From Scyliorhinus canicula (Eukaryota): a stretch of 64,000 nt of DNA. Below are positions 1 to 12,251 of the stretch, one piece after another (the first letter of the stretch is position 1; every line of letters starts with the position of its first letter). Below the pieces are notes generated by a model. It saw nothing but the letters and a program-made list of their open reading frames with translations, was not told the origin of the DNA and ran no database searches. Position numbers and translations under genes: made by a program. The stretch is taken from positions 1 through 64,000 of the forward strand of contig NW_024055441.1 of NCBI RefSeq assembly GCF_902713615.1, read 5' to 3'.

Positions 1-641
1 GGTCTTATTTATTATCCCTCCTCCCCCATCCTGTGATGTGAACCATCCTCCAGTGGTTGAAGCAGGATGGCAGATTTGAAGGACAGAGCGACAGTACCTG
101 AAGAGAGAGAAATGTTGACAATATCCATGGACACAGGGTAGTTGGCTGATCAGTAGCTCAGTGGGAATAGGGTCGATGGAGCAGGAGCTGGGTCTCATGG
201 ACAAGATGAGCTCTGAGAGGGCATGAGGGGAGATGGGAGAGAAACCAGAGAAAGATGTGGGTTCAGGGCTCGGCCAAGGGTGAAATTTAGAGACAGTTTG
301 GTCCAGTGGGCTCGTGGAAGGGAGGGAAGCAGCAGAGGCAGCTGATCGGATTGACTCAACCTCAGTCACAAAGAAGCTCCACAAGCTCCTCACACTTCTT
401 GTTGGAGGTGAGGGTGTAAGAGACAGGGGAGAGCGACAGTACTTCAAAAGGAACTAACTTGTGTTAGAGATATAAAAAATGTTTCAAGACGCTGTTATTG
501 AACACAAATCTAATTTATTTGACTTTAGCCAGAATATTAGCCCCTGTATATGGGCTGGAGTTTGTTAATCAGCAGAAAGAGACCCAAATGAACCTGGTTC
601 AGTCCTGAATGTGAGGAACAGCAAAATCAAAATCTCTGTGG

Positions 642-976
642 TTACTTGTGGCCTTGTTCGTGTTTCAGCAGGTAGATGAAGTGGCGAAGTCCCTTCCCAC
701 ATTCAGAAGGTGAATGGCCTTTCCCTAGTGTGAATTCGCTGGTGCTTCAGCAGATTGGATGACTCAGTGAATCTCTGTACCCAATCGGAGCAGGTGAATG
801 GTCTCTCAGCCGGTGTGAATTCGCTGATGTACAGTGAGTGAGATGATGCCTGAACCCATTCCCGCAGTAAGAGCACCTGAACGATTTCTCGTCGGTGTGA
901 AACTCGCTGATGGCTCATCAGATCCCAGAACGTTTAAAGCACTTCCTGCAGTCTGGACAATTGAAACGGTCTCTCA
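642..976 (-). pseudogene. Frameshifted C-terminal fingers of ZNF-1 (about 4), ending at the paralog-conserved GHK* stop
   Basis: Finger-coding sequence with several 1-bp indels; same terminus (ggccacaagtaa) as the paralogs at 22453 and 61391. Confidence 0.75.
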
Positions 977-1762
977 TCAGTGGTGAACCCGCTGGTGACT
1001 CAACAGGTTGGCTGAAATAGTAAATCCCTTCCCACACACTGAGCAGGTGAATGGTTTCTCCCCAGTGTGAACTCGCAGGTGTGTGGACAGAGCAGATGAC
1101 TCAGTGAATCCCTTCCCACACTTGGAGCAGGTGAATGGTCTCTCCCGAGTGTGAATTCGCTGGTGTGTCAGCAAGTTGGTTGACTGAGTGAATCCCTTCC
1201 CACACTTGGAACAGGTGAATGGCCTCTCCCCAGTGTGAATTAGCTGATGTACAATGAGGTCAGATGATTGTCTGAACCCAGTCCCGCAGTGAGAGCACTT
1301 GAACGGCTTCTCATTAGTGTGAACACGTTGATGACTCCTCAGTTCCCCAGAACGTTTATAGCATTTCCCGCAGTCTGGACACAGAAATGGTCTCTCCCCA
1401 GTGTGAACTCGCTGGTGACTCAGCAGGTTGGCTGAAATAGCAAATCCCATCCCACACTTGGAGCAGGTGAATGGTCTCTCATCAGTGTGAACTCGTTGAT
1501 GATTCCGCAGGTTGGATGACTGAGTGAATCCCTTCCCACACTTGGAACAGGTGAACGGTCTCTCCCCAGTGTGACTGCGTCGATGAATGTCCAGCTTGGA
1601 TGGGGAAGTGAATCCTTTCCCACAGTCCACACATTTACACGGTTTCTCCTCGGTGTGACTGCATTTGTGTCTCGTGAGGCCTGATGATCGACTGAATCCT
1701 CGTCCACACACACAGCACGTGTACGGTTTCTCCCCACTGTGAACGATGTTTTTTCCTTCCAT
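977..1762 (-). CDS. C2H2 zinc-finger protein (ZNF-1), 9 intact fingers, no KRAB visible; truncated by a frameshift
   Basis: [22 protein letters not shown]... with nine Cx2Cx12Hx3H units and TGERP-type linkers. An extra C in gttcacCactgatg ends the frame. Confidence 0.85.
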   Translation of the reverse strand: MEGKNIVHSGEKPYTCCVCGRGFSRSSGLTRHKCSHTEEKPCKCVDCGKGFTSPSKLDIHRRSHTGERPFTCSKCGKGFTQSSNLRNHQRVHTDERPFTCSKCGMGFAISANLLSHQRVHTGERPFLCPDCGKCYKRSGELRSHQRVHTNEKPFKCSHCGTGFRQSSDLIVHQLIHTGERPFTCSKCGKGFTQSTNLLTHQRIHTRERPFTCSKCGKGFTESSALSTHLRVHTGEKPFTCSVCGKGFTISANLLSHQRVHH

Positions 1763-2158
1763 GATCGATGATATTCAGGATATGATAAATTGAGGACTCT
1801 GTCAGATCCTGATGTGATGTTTGGTTTGCGTTTCCGGACTTTGAATCCTGCCCTTCGAACACCCTGTAAAATTGATTGAATACAGAAAATAGGGAGTGAG
1901 AGAGAACCCACAAAACACAAAGGCAGGTTGTGAAATTGAGCTGAATGAATCTGGTCATTTGTGGGGCCGGCTCTGGGAAAAAGTGACCATGAAAACGGCT
2001 GGATTGTCATAAACACCTAACTGGCCTCTTTGGGAGGAGAGTGAAAGAGGTGAAGAGGGATTTTATATATCTCCAAGACATACTAAGAGAGCAGTTGGCA
2101 AAGCAAATTCGATCTTGAGCTTCATAAACAGTAATATTGATACCAAAACTATGCTTCT

Positions 2159-2502
2159 GGTGGCACAGTGGTTAGCACTGTTGCCTCACAGCACCAGGGA
2201 CCCAAGTTCATTTCCGGCCTTGGTGACTGTCTGTGTGGAGTTTGCACTTTCTCCCCGTGTCTGCGTGGGTTTCCAGCTCAGGTTTACTCTAACAGTCCAC
2301 AGAAGGGAAAGTTAGGTGGATTGGCCTTGATACATTGCCCCTTAGTGTCCAGGGATGTGCAGGTTAGGTGGGGCTATGGGGTTACAGGGACAGGGTAGGG
2401 GTGTGGGCCGAGGCAGGGTGCCCTTTCAGAGAATCAGTGCAGACTCGATGGGCTGAATGGCCTCCTGCACTGTCGGAATTCTATGGTTCTAATTCTATTC
2501 TA
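2159..2502 (+). mobile_element. HE1/V-type tRNA-derived SINE (paralogous copies at 20519-20858 and 56586-56938, minus)
   Basis: A/B boxes tggcacagtggttagc / agttcatttcc, core ctgtgtggagtttgcac...gggtttcc, CR1-like (ttctat) tail. Confidence 0.85.
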
Positions 2503-3059
2503 TGAATCTTTATAAAGCTCTGGTCACCACTCTTCAGGAAGGATGTGAAGGTTCTTGGAGAAGGTGCAGAGGAGATTTACCAGACTGGATCCAGCAAAGG
2601 AGGTTGAGGGGAGATTTGATTCAGGGACACAAGATTATGCCAGATTTCCATTGGGTGGAGAAAGAAACTCTGTTTCCATTCACTGATCGTACAAGCAGTC
2701 GGGACACAGATTTAAAGTTTTGGGTAAAACCTGGATTGAACTATATAAGATCCTGAGGGGTCTTGACAGGGTGGATGTGGAGAGGATGTTTCCTCTTGTG
2801 GGAGAATCTGGAACAAGGGGGTCAATGTTGCAAAGTGAGGGGTCACCCATTTAAGATGGAGATGAGGATTTTTTTTCTCTTGAGGGTTGCAAGATAGGGG
2901 TGGCATAGGGGTTAGCACTGCTGCCTCACAGCACCAGGGACCTGGGTTCAATTCCCAGCCTGACTGTGTGGAGTTTGCACTTTCTCCCCGTGTCTTTGTG
3001 GGTTTCCTCCGGGTGCTCTGATTTCCTCCCACAGTTCAAAGATGTGCAGATTAGGTTGA

Positions 3060-3700
3060 ATCGGTTCGGACTGTATTCGCTGGAGTTCAGAAGAATGAGG
3101 GGGGGATCTCATAGAAACCTATAAAAAGTGGGCGGCGCAGTGGTTACCACTGCTGCCTCATGTCGCCAAGGACCCAGGTTCCATCCCTGCCCCGGGTCAC
3201 TGTCTGTGTGGAATTTGCACATTCTCCGTGTTTGCGTGGGTCTCACCCCCACAAATCCAAAGATGCGCAGGGTAGGTAGATTGGCCACGCTAAAATTGCC
3301 CCTTAAGTGCAAAAAAAGAATTGGGCACTCCAAATTTATGTTAGAAAAAAACAGGGCGAGACAGAGTAGATTCAGGAAGGATGTTCCTGATAGTGGGTGT
3401 GTCCAGAAATAGGGGTCACAGTCTGAGGATACGGGGTAGACCATTTAGGACAGAGATGAGGAGACATTTCTTCACCTAGAGAGTGGTGAGCCTGTGGAAT
3501 TCGTCACCACAGGAACTAATTAAGGCCAAAACATTGCATGTTTTCAAGAAGTAGTTAGATACAGCACTGAGGGTGAAGGGGATCAAAGGATATGGGGGGA
3601 AAGCGGGATTAGGCTATTGAGCCTAATCAGCTCTGATCGTAATGAATGGTGGAGCAGGCTCGAAGGGCCAAATGGTCTCCTCCTGCTCCTATTTTCTACC
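3060..3700 (+). mobile_element. CR1 3' fragment interrupted by a SINE
   Basis: ggactgtattcgctggagttcagaagaatgaggggggatctcatagaaacc ... gggccaaatggtctcctcctgctcc, a CR1 C-terminus and 3'UTR. Confidence 0.75.
3130..3350 (+). mobile_element. HE1/V-type SINE, short-tail subfamily (another truncated copy at about 2899-3060)
   Basis: gggcggcgcagtggttaccac...gggcactccaaatttat and an A-rich end. Confidence 0.8.
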
Positions 3701-3918
3701 TTGCTCTGTATCTGTGCATGTAAATGGTCCAGGAGGTATGAGGAAGAATGTTTTTACACAGCCAGTGGCAATGACCTTAAACTTGCTGCCAATGACGGAG
3801 TTTGGAAATAGACACAATAAATGATTTTTTTTTTAAACTGGATAGAAACCTGAGAGAAATAAAGCTGTTAGGATACAGAGACAGAGCAGGAGAATGACTC
3901 TGACTGGATTGCTCCAGA

Positions 3919-4220
3919 TAATAATAATATTTATTAGTGTCACAAGTAGGCTTACATTCACACTGCAATGAAGTTACTGTGAAAATCCCCGAGTCGTCAC
4001 ACTCCGGCTCCTGTTCGGGTACACAGAGCGAGAATTCAGAATGTCCAATTCATCTAACAAGCACATCTTTCGGGACTTGTGGGAGGAAACCGCAGCACCC
4101 GGAGGAAACCCACAACAGACACAGGGAGACTGTACAGACACCGCACAGACAGTGACCCAAGCCGGGAACCGAACCCAGGTCCCTGGCGCTGTGAAGCAAT
4201 GGCTAACCACCGTGCCGACT
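3919..4220 (-). mobile_element. V-type SINE with (att)n tail (paralogous copy at 18966-19267, plus)
   Basis: tRNA head, V core, ...ctacttgtgacactaataaatattattatt tail. Confidence 0.8.
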
Positions 4221-4279
4221 AGAGAGCTAGCATGGACTCAATGGCCCGAATGCCCGTCTCTGCCCATAATTTATATATT

Positions 4280-4505
4280 TTAAAAAATAAATTTAGAGTA
4301 CCCAATTAATTTTTTCCAATTAAGGGGCTATTTAGCATGGTCAATCCACCTCTCCTTCACATCTTTGGGTTGCGGGGGCGAAACCCACGCAGACATGGGG
4401 AGAATGTGAAAACTCCATATGGACAGTGACCCAGAGCTGGCTTAGAACCTGGGACCACAGCGCCGTGAGGCAACAGTGCGACTCACCGCACCACCGTGCT
4501 GCCAG
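4280..4505 (-). mobile_element. V-type SINE (paralogous copy at 18684-18900, plus)
   Basis: ggcagcacggtggtgcggtgagtcgcac...gggtactctaaatttattttt. Confidence 0.8.
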
Positions 4506-4811
4506 CTGACTCTGCCATTTCTGTCTCATCTCACCTTGTAATTTAACCCCGGAGCGGTTCACATATCACTCAGGTAAATCTGTGCTACACTCCCTCCGAG
4601 GCCATTCTATCCTTCCCCAGGTTTGTTGCCCAGAACTGAAAACATGTAAGGTACTGAGGAGGGTATCAAGGTCGTAGGAGTGTACCAGCAGACAGAAAGG
4701 TGGGTTGAAGTGTGTCTATTTCAATGCAAGGAGCATCCGGAATAAGGTAGGTGAACTTGGAGCGTGGATTGGTACTTGGGACTACGATGTTGTGACCATT
4801 ACGGAGACATG

Positions 4812-5542
4812 GGGAGGAATTCTCCGACTCCCCGCAGGGTTGGGAATCGCCTGGGGCTGGTGCAATCCCGCCCCCGCCATGGCCGGAATTCTCCGCCACC
4901 CGGGAATCGGCGGGAGCGGGAATCACGTCCCGCCGATCAGTGTGCCCCCCGCGGCGATTCTCCGGCCCGCGATGGGCCGAAGTCCCGCCGCTGACAGGCC
5001 TCTCCCGCTGGCGGGAATTGGAGCACCTCTGGTGCCAGCGGGAGCAGGCGGCGCCAACGGGCCCCGGGTCCTGGGGGGGTTGCGGGGCGATCGGACCCCG
5101 GGGGGGTTGCGGGGCGATCGGACCCCGGGGGGGGTGCCCCCACGGTGGCCTGGCCCGCGATCGTGGCCCACCGATCGGCGGGTGGGCCAGTGCCGTGGGG
5201 GCACTCTTTTTTTTCCGCCGCTGCCACGGCCTCCACCATGGCTGAGGCGGAAGAGACCCCCCCCCTACCGCGCATGCGCCGGTGGTAACGTCAGCAGCCG
5301 CTGAGGCACCGGCGCATGCACGGACCGGCGAAGGCTTTTCGGCCAGCCCCAACGCCGGGCGACAAAGGCGGTTGGCACCGGTTTTGGCGCCAGCCGGCGC
5401 TGCAGAAACCACTCCGGCGCGGGCCTAGCCCCTAAAGCGGCGGAGAATTCTGCACCTTTGGGGAGGCCCGACGCCGGAGTGGTTGGTGCTACACCGCAAC
5501 GCCGGGACCCCCCGCCCCGCCGGATAGGGGAGAATCCCGGCC
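4812..5542. mobile_element. GC-rich non-autonomous DNA transposon (MITE), 14-bp imperfect TIR, 3-bp TSD ATG (PIF/Harbinger-like)
   Basis: gacATG|gggaggaattctcc ... ggagaatcccggcc|ATGgttag. TIRs match 11/14; removing the element restores ITETWLEQGQEW of the CR1 endonuclease. Confidence 0.8.
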
Positions 5543-8137
5543 ATGGTTAGAACAGGGACAGGAATGGTTGTTGGAAGTTCCGGGGTATAGATGTTTCAGT
5601 AAGAGTAGGGAAGGTGGTAAAAGAGATGGATGAGTATCATTATTAATCAAGGATAGTTTAACGGCTGCAGAAAGGCAGTTCGAAGGGGATCTGCCTACTG
5701 AGGTAATATGCGCCAAAGTTAGAAATAGGAAAGGAGCGGTCACATTGTTAGGAGTGTTCTATAGGCCCCCAAATAGTAATAGAGATGTGCAGGAAGAAAT
5801 TGCAAAACAGATTATGGATAGGTGTGGAGGTCTCAGGGTAGTTGTCATGGGTGACTTTAACTTTCCAAATATTGATTGGAAACTTTATAGGTTGAACAGT
5901 TCGGAGGGGGGCAGTTTTTGTACAGTGTGTGCAAGAGGGTTTCCTGACACAATATATGGATAGGCCGACAAGAGGGGGGGCACATTGGATTTAGTACTAG
6001 GTAATGAACTGGGCCAAGTGTTAGATTTGTTTGTGGGAAAGCACTTTGTAGATAGTGACCACAATTCGGTGTCTTTCACTTTTGCACTGGAGGGGGATAG
6101 GGCCATACGGCAGGGCAAGGTTTATAATTGGGGGAGGGGTAATTATGATGCGATTAGGCAAGAATTAGGGAGCATAAGATGGGAACAGATACTGTCAGGG
6201 AAAGGCACAAATGAAAAGTGGAGCTTGTTCAAGGAACAAATACTGTGTGTCCTTGATAGGTTTGTCCCTGTCAGGCAGGGAGGAAATGGCCGTGTGAGGG
6301 AACCATGGTTCACAAAAGAGGTTGAATGTCTTGTCAAGAGGAAAAAGGAAGCATATGTAAGGATGAGAAAACAAGGTTCAGTTCGCTTGAGGGTTACAAG
6401 GTACCAAGGAATGTGCTAAAAAAAAGGGCTTAGGAGAGCTAGGAGGGGGCATGAGAAGTCCTTTGCGGGTCGGATCAAGGAAAACCCCAAGGATTTTTGC
6501 ACTTATGTGAGGAATAAAAGAATGACCAGGGTGAGGTTAGGGTTGGTCAAGGATAGTAGTGGGATATTGTGCATGGAGTCAGAAGAAATAGGAGAGGCGT
6601 TGAATGAATACTTTTCTTCAGTGTTCACCAAGGAGAGGGGCCATGTTTTTGAGGATGAGAGTGTGATACAGGCGGGTAGACTGTAGGAGGTAGATGTTCT
6701 GAGGAAGGATGTATTAGCAATTTTGAAAAACTTTAGGGTCGACAAGTCCCCTGGGCCAGATGGGATATATCCTTGGATTCTTTGGGAAGCAAGGGATGAG
6801 ATTGCAGAGCCTTTGGCTTTGATGTTTGGGTCCTCACTGTCCACGGGGATAGTGCCAGAGGACTGGAGAGTGGCGAATGTTGTTCCTCTGTTCAAGAAAG
6901 GGAATAGGAATGACCCTGGGAATTATAGGCCGGTTAGTCTTACTTCGGTGGTCGGTAAGTTAATGGAAAAGGTCCTGAAGGATAGGATTTATGACCATTT
7001 GGAAAGATGCAGCTTCATCCGGGATAGACAACATGGATTTGTGAAGGGTAAGTCTTGTCTCACAAATTTGATTGAATTGAGGAGGTAACTAAGTGTGTCG
7101 ATGAAGGTAGAGCAGTTGATCTTGTATACATGGATTTTTGTAAGGCGTTTGATAAGGTTCCCCATGGTCGGCTTATGAAGAAAGTAAGGAGGTGTGGGAT
7201 AGAAGGAAATTTGGCCAATTGGATAAGTAACTGGCTATCATATAGAAGACAGAGGATGGTGGTGGATGGAAAATGTTCAGACTGGAGACCAGTTACCAGC
7301 GGTGTACCACAGGGATCAGTGCTGGGTCCTCTGCTATTTGTGATTTTTATTAATGACTTGGAGGAGGGGGCTGAAGGATGGGTCAGTAAATTCACTGATG
7401 ACACCAAGATTGGTGGAGCAGTGGATGAGGTGGAGGGCTGGTGTAGGCTGCAAAGAGGCATTGACAGGATGCAGAGCTGGGCCGAAAAATGGCAGATGGA
7501 GTTTAACCCTGATAAGTGCGAGGTGATTCATTTTGGTAGAAAAAATTTGAATGCGGATTACAGCGTCAACGGCAGGGTTCTGAGGAATGTGGAGTATCAG
7601 AGAGATCTTGGGGGTTCATGTCCACAGATCTCTGAAGGTGCCACTCAAGTGGACAGAACCGTGAAGAAGGCCTATAGTGTGTTAGCATTTATTAACAGGG
7701 GGCTTGAGTTCAAGAGCCACAGGGCTATGCTGCAACTGTACATGACCCTGGTGAGACCACATTTGGAGTATTGTGTGCAGTTCTGGACACCTCAGTATAG
7801 GAAGAATGTGGAAGCATTGGAAAGGGTGCAAAGGAGATTTACCAGGATTCTGCCTGGTTTGCAGGATCGATCTTATGAGGAAAGGATGAGGAAGCTAGGG
7901 CTTTTCTCTTTGGAGCGGAGGAGGATGAGACGACTTAATAGAGGTTTATAAGATGATGGGGGGGATAGATAGATTGGACGTTCAGAGACTATTTCCTCGG
8001 GTGGATGTAGCTGTTACAAGAGGGCATAACTATAAGGTTCAGGGTGGGAGATATAGGAGGGATGCGCGTGGTAGGTTCTTTACTCAGAGAGTGGTTAAGG
8101 TGTGGAATGGACTGCCTGCTGTGATAGTGGAGTCATC

Positions 8138-8476
8138 ATAGAATTTACAGTGGAGAAGGAGGCCATTCAGCCCATCGAGTCTGCACCGGCTCTTGGAAAG
8201 AGCACCCTACCCAAGGTCAACAACTCCACCCTATCCCCATAACCCAGTATCCCCACCCAACACTAAGGGAAATTTTGGATACTAAGGACAATTTATGATG
8301 GCCAATCCACCTGATCTGCACATCTTTGGACTGTGGGAGGAAACCGGAGCACCCGGAGGAAACCCACACACACACGGGGAGGATGTGTAGACTCGGCACA
8401 GACCCAAGCCGGATCGAACTTGGGACCCTGGAGCTGTGAAGCGATTGTGCTATCCACAATGCTACCGTGCTGCCCA
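8138..8476 (-). mobile_element. HE1-type SINE inserted into the CR1 3' end
   Basis: gggcagcacggtagcattgtggatagcac... head; the flanking CR1 sequence resumes at gagtcggacac. Confidence 0.85.
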
Positions 8477-9649
8477 CTTTAGGATTCCTGAGTCGGACAC
8501 TTTAGGAACTTTCAAGCGGTTATGGGATAGGCACATGGAGCACACCAGAATGACAGGGAGTGGGATAGCTTGATCTTGGTTTCGGACAATGCTCGGCACA
8601 ACATCAAAGGTCGAAGGACCTGTTCTGTGATGTACTGTTGTATGTTCTATGTGCAGTTCTCCAGGTTTGGCCTAACCAGTTTGTGAATCTCGGGGCTTTT
8701 CCAGTCATACTGAGACCTGAAATCTTCCCTCACAGACAGAACAGTAAAATCTTTTACCTTCCACACCAGATGCTGCTGAAATTCAGTTTCTAATGAATCG
8801 AGTGACTCTGTCAGATTGCGATGTGACGTTTGGTTTGTGTTTCCCGTCTGTTAAACCTCCACTTCCAGTATCCTGTAAATTTACAGAAACCTCACTGTCA
8901 GTTTAGGATAGAAATTCACAACATTCTCTCCTCGCCAACTTTGAGTAAATGTATTCCTGGAGGTTTGATCACATGACCTGCCCCCATCCTCCAGCCATTA
9001 ATCGGTCGACACATCCATCCTTGTGACACACTGCCTTCCTCGGCCAATTGGGAAGTAAAAGGACTCATTACCTTACAGGACAGTGATTTGTCAGCCAAAC
9101 AACCTTTATCCCATTTTCAATATTTTATATCCGCTGAAGAGAAATATTCAAAAATATTTTTGACTGTCCCAATGACTTTCCAGACACCCAGGTATGAATC
9201 TCACTGAGGCAGAAGGTAAAATTTGAATTCATTTAAAGTTTACTGATGACCATGAAATCATTGTCGATTGTTGCAAAGACCCACCTGGTTCACTGATGTC
9301 CTTCAGTGAAGGGAATCTTCTATCCTTACCTGGTCTGGCCTACATGTGACTCCAGATCCACAGTCAGCTGGTTGACCCTTAAAATGCTCTCTGAGATACA
9401 CTCAGTTCAAGGGCAATTAAGGATGGGCAGTGAATGCTGGCCCAGCCAGCGACACCCACATCCCGTGAATGAATAGAGAAGAAAATCTGACATCCTTACC
9501 TGGTCTGGCCGACACGATTCCAAACCACAGCAATGTGGTTGACTCTTTAAATGCCCTCTGAGATGGCCGAGCCAGCCACTCGGTTTGAGGGAAATTAGGA
9601 ATGGGCAATAAATGTTGGCTCAGCCAGTGACTCCCACAAATGATTAAAA

Positions 9650-10060
9650 CAAAATCCTGGCGACTCCAGTCAGTAAATCCGGGAGAGTTGGTATCCGCTC
9701 CAGGCTCGCAGCGCATGCGCACTGCGGCACCTTGTCCTCTGCAAAGATGGCAGCTGGTAACCCGGGCCTGTCACCGCTCAGCTCTCACTCTATTCGGTGC
9801 TGTTTAAGACGGGACCGTTAACATTTTGCTCGGGAGTTCAAGCCCCCACAGGGTATTTATGTAGCCTCCCGTCTCACTCCGCAGCTTCTATTGGTCCCCG
9901 GCCACCCACCGGCTCCAATCCTGAAAGTTGCTCAATTGTTTCTTCTTTCCCGCTCCTCGCACCATCAGCGACAACCTGAACTGTGCATGCGCCGGTCACA
10001 GCCCGAACGCCGCATGCTCCAGTCACAGCCGGACTCTGCGCATGTGCGAGAAGCTTCTGT
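9650..10060. promoter_or_regulatory. CpG-rich putative ZNF promoter (NRF1- and YY1-like motifs)
   Basis: GCGCATGCGC at 9711-9720, aagatggc at about 9744, several further GCATG half-sites; upstream of ZNF-1 on the minus strand. Confidence 0.55.
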
Positions 10061-10979
10061 CATGTGGATAGAGCATATTCTCAGCTGCAATCCATGTTGG
10101 GTAATAAACCCGCCATGGAAATGGATATTTTTTATATAAATTATGCTTTGCAAAATGATTACGATTAGTAACAGTGGGCCAAGGCAACACCCACATCCCA
10201 AGAACAAATTAAATTGCCCCTTGATTGGAAAACAATATAAATTTATATTTTTTTTTAATTCTGAGGGATCAAAATAGTTTGGATAGGAAGGTCCTATTCC
10301 CTTTGGTTGAGGGATATATATAAAAGGGGGCAGATATTTAGGGAAGGACTATGAGGTTTAGAGGGTGGTGAGGATCTGTGACATGCTGCCTGAAATGATG
10401 GCAGAAACGCTCATAACATTTCAAACGTATTTAGATAGACATCTGGATTGATGTAACCCAAAAGATTGCAGACTAAAATCTGGAAATTGGGATTAGGCTG
10501 AATACCTACTTTGTAGCCACGATGAGCTGAATGAAATGCAACCGGAACAACAAACTTCAATAAAATCCCGGATAGTAACTCTTACTACGAACAAGGTCAG
10601 CAGCTTGCCCACTTTAGCTGCCAAGTATGTTAATGTGGTAATTTTAAAATTTACCTGCATACACAAGAGTACAACAGCAAATTGTTTAACGTCTCCAATG
10701 TGATCGGTGTAATTAGTCTCAAATTTAACCTGGAATGGTCATTAAAAGTTTCCTAGTCACTCTGATATCTGAAATCTTTGTCCTCAGACAGAACAGACAA
10801 ACCATTTTACCTCCCAACGATATTCCGGTCCTGATGAATCGAGTAACTCAGTCAGGTGATGATGTGATGTTTGGTTTGAAGTTCCCGTTAGTAAATCCTC
10901 CTCTTTCTAAAGGAATTTCCAAAGGAATTTCACTCTCAGTACTGGAGAGAAATTCAGGAGATTCTGTCTTCCGGCTTCC

Positions 10980-11420
10980 GGTTCCTGGATGCCCGCGCAT
11001 GCGCCCTGCTGAACAATTCCGCTGAGAAAGATGGCGGACGCGCAGGCGGCCTGCGGCATATCGCCCCCTAAACAGATGACAGCCGTTAACAGGGGCCGAT
11101 CAGAGATAAAATCACAGATGCGGCCGCCCCATTCGGTACAAACACCGAACTGTATCAAAATTGTCGGAACCAATTTATCAGCCTGAGGAACGTAACTGAA
11201 TAATGGCGGATAAGGCTACCCAGAATGCCGGGCGCGGAGGAATACGCCCTATCTCCATCACAGGAGCCAGAACGCGCAGGCGCGAGTATGCCCCACCCCC
11301 GAAAGTATCCTCTGCGCAGAGCAGGCGCGGTGCTGCTCCGGGCTGAGCGCAGCCGCAGTAAGAGTAAGTGTGGCTCCCAGAGGCTGAATGAGAGCCGCCG
11401 CGAGCGGGGACAATGGTGAG
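10980..11420. promoter_or_regulatory. CpG island / putative promoter and first exon
   Basis: gcgcatgcgc, aagatggcgg (YY1-like), and atg|gtgaga donor at about 11416 upstream of the ZNF remnant at 11.7 kb. Confidence 0.5.
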
Positions 11421-11704
11421 AACCCAAACCCCCCCAATAAGACCCATTGGTTTTATTGTCAGTCTGCAGACAGGAGTTGGAGAACTGAACCCAGGCAGAG
11501 GAGAGGGAGGGAGAAAACTGGGAGTGGAGGAAAGAGATGGTGAGATGGGTTTGTGTTTCAGCCCAGGGAGGAGGGAGAGTGTGTGGGACGGGGATTTACA
11601 GCTTTGGAGGAACAAGAGAGGGAAAAATGTTCCAGAGAAACTAGAATTGCCTGATCAGAATTTCTGTCTTGGACTGACAGTGATGGCTTTTGTAAACTCC
11701 TTTT

Positions 11705-12251
<547 letters not shown>

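Larger units (their letters stand above)
4647..8651 (+). mobile_element. CR1-clade LINE (HER1-like), 5'-truncated ORF2 (APE endonuclease + RT) with stops/frameshifts; nested MITE and SINE
   Basis: [70 protein letters not shown]; 3' UTR ending gttctatgt. The empty site is visible in the paralog at about 55530. Confidence 0.93.
1..9790 (-). other. ZNF segmental duplication, copy 1
   Basis: Colinear inverted similarity to 17235-22611 and 55221-63290 (shared ZNF, SINEs and intronic sequence). Confidence 0.85.

Noticed and set aside
4666-5412. Overlapping GC-rich ORFs on both strands
   Set aside because: Caused by the MITE's high GC content; no recognisable transposase.
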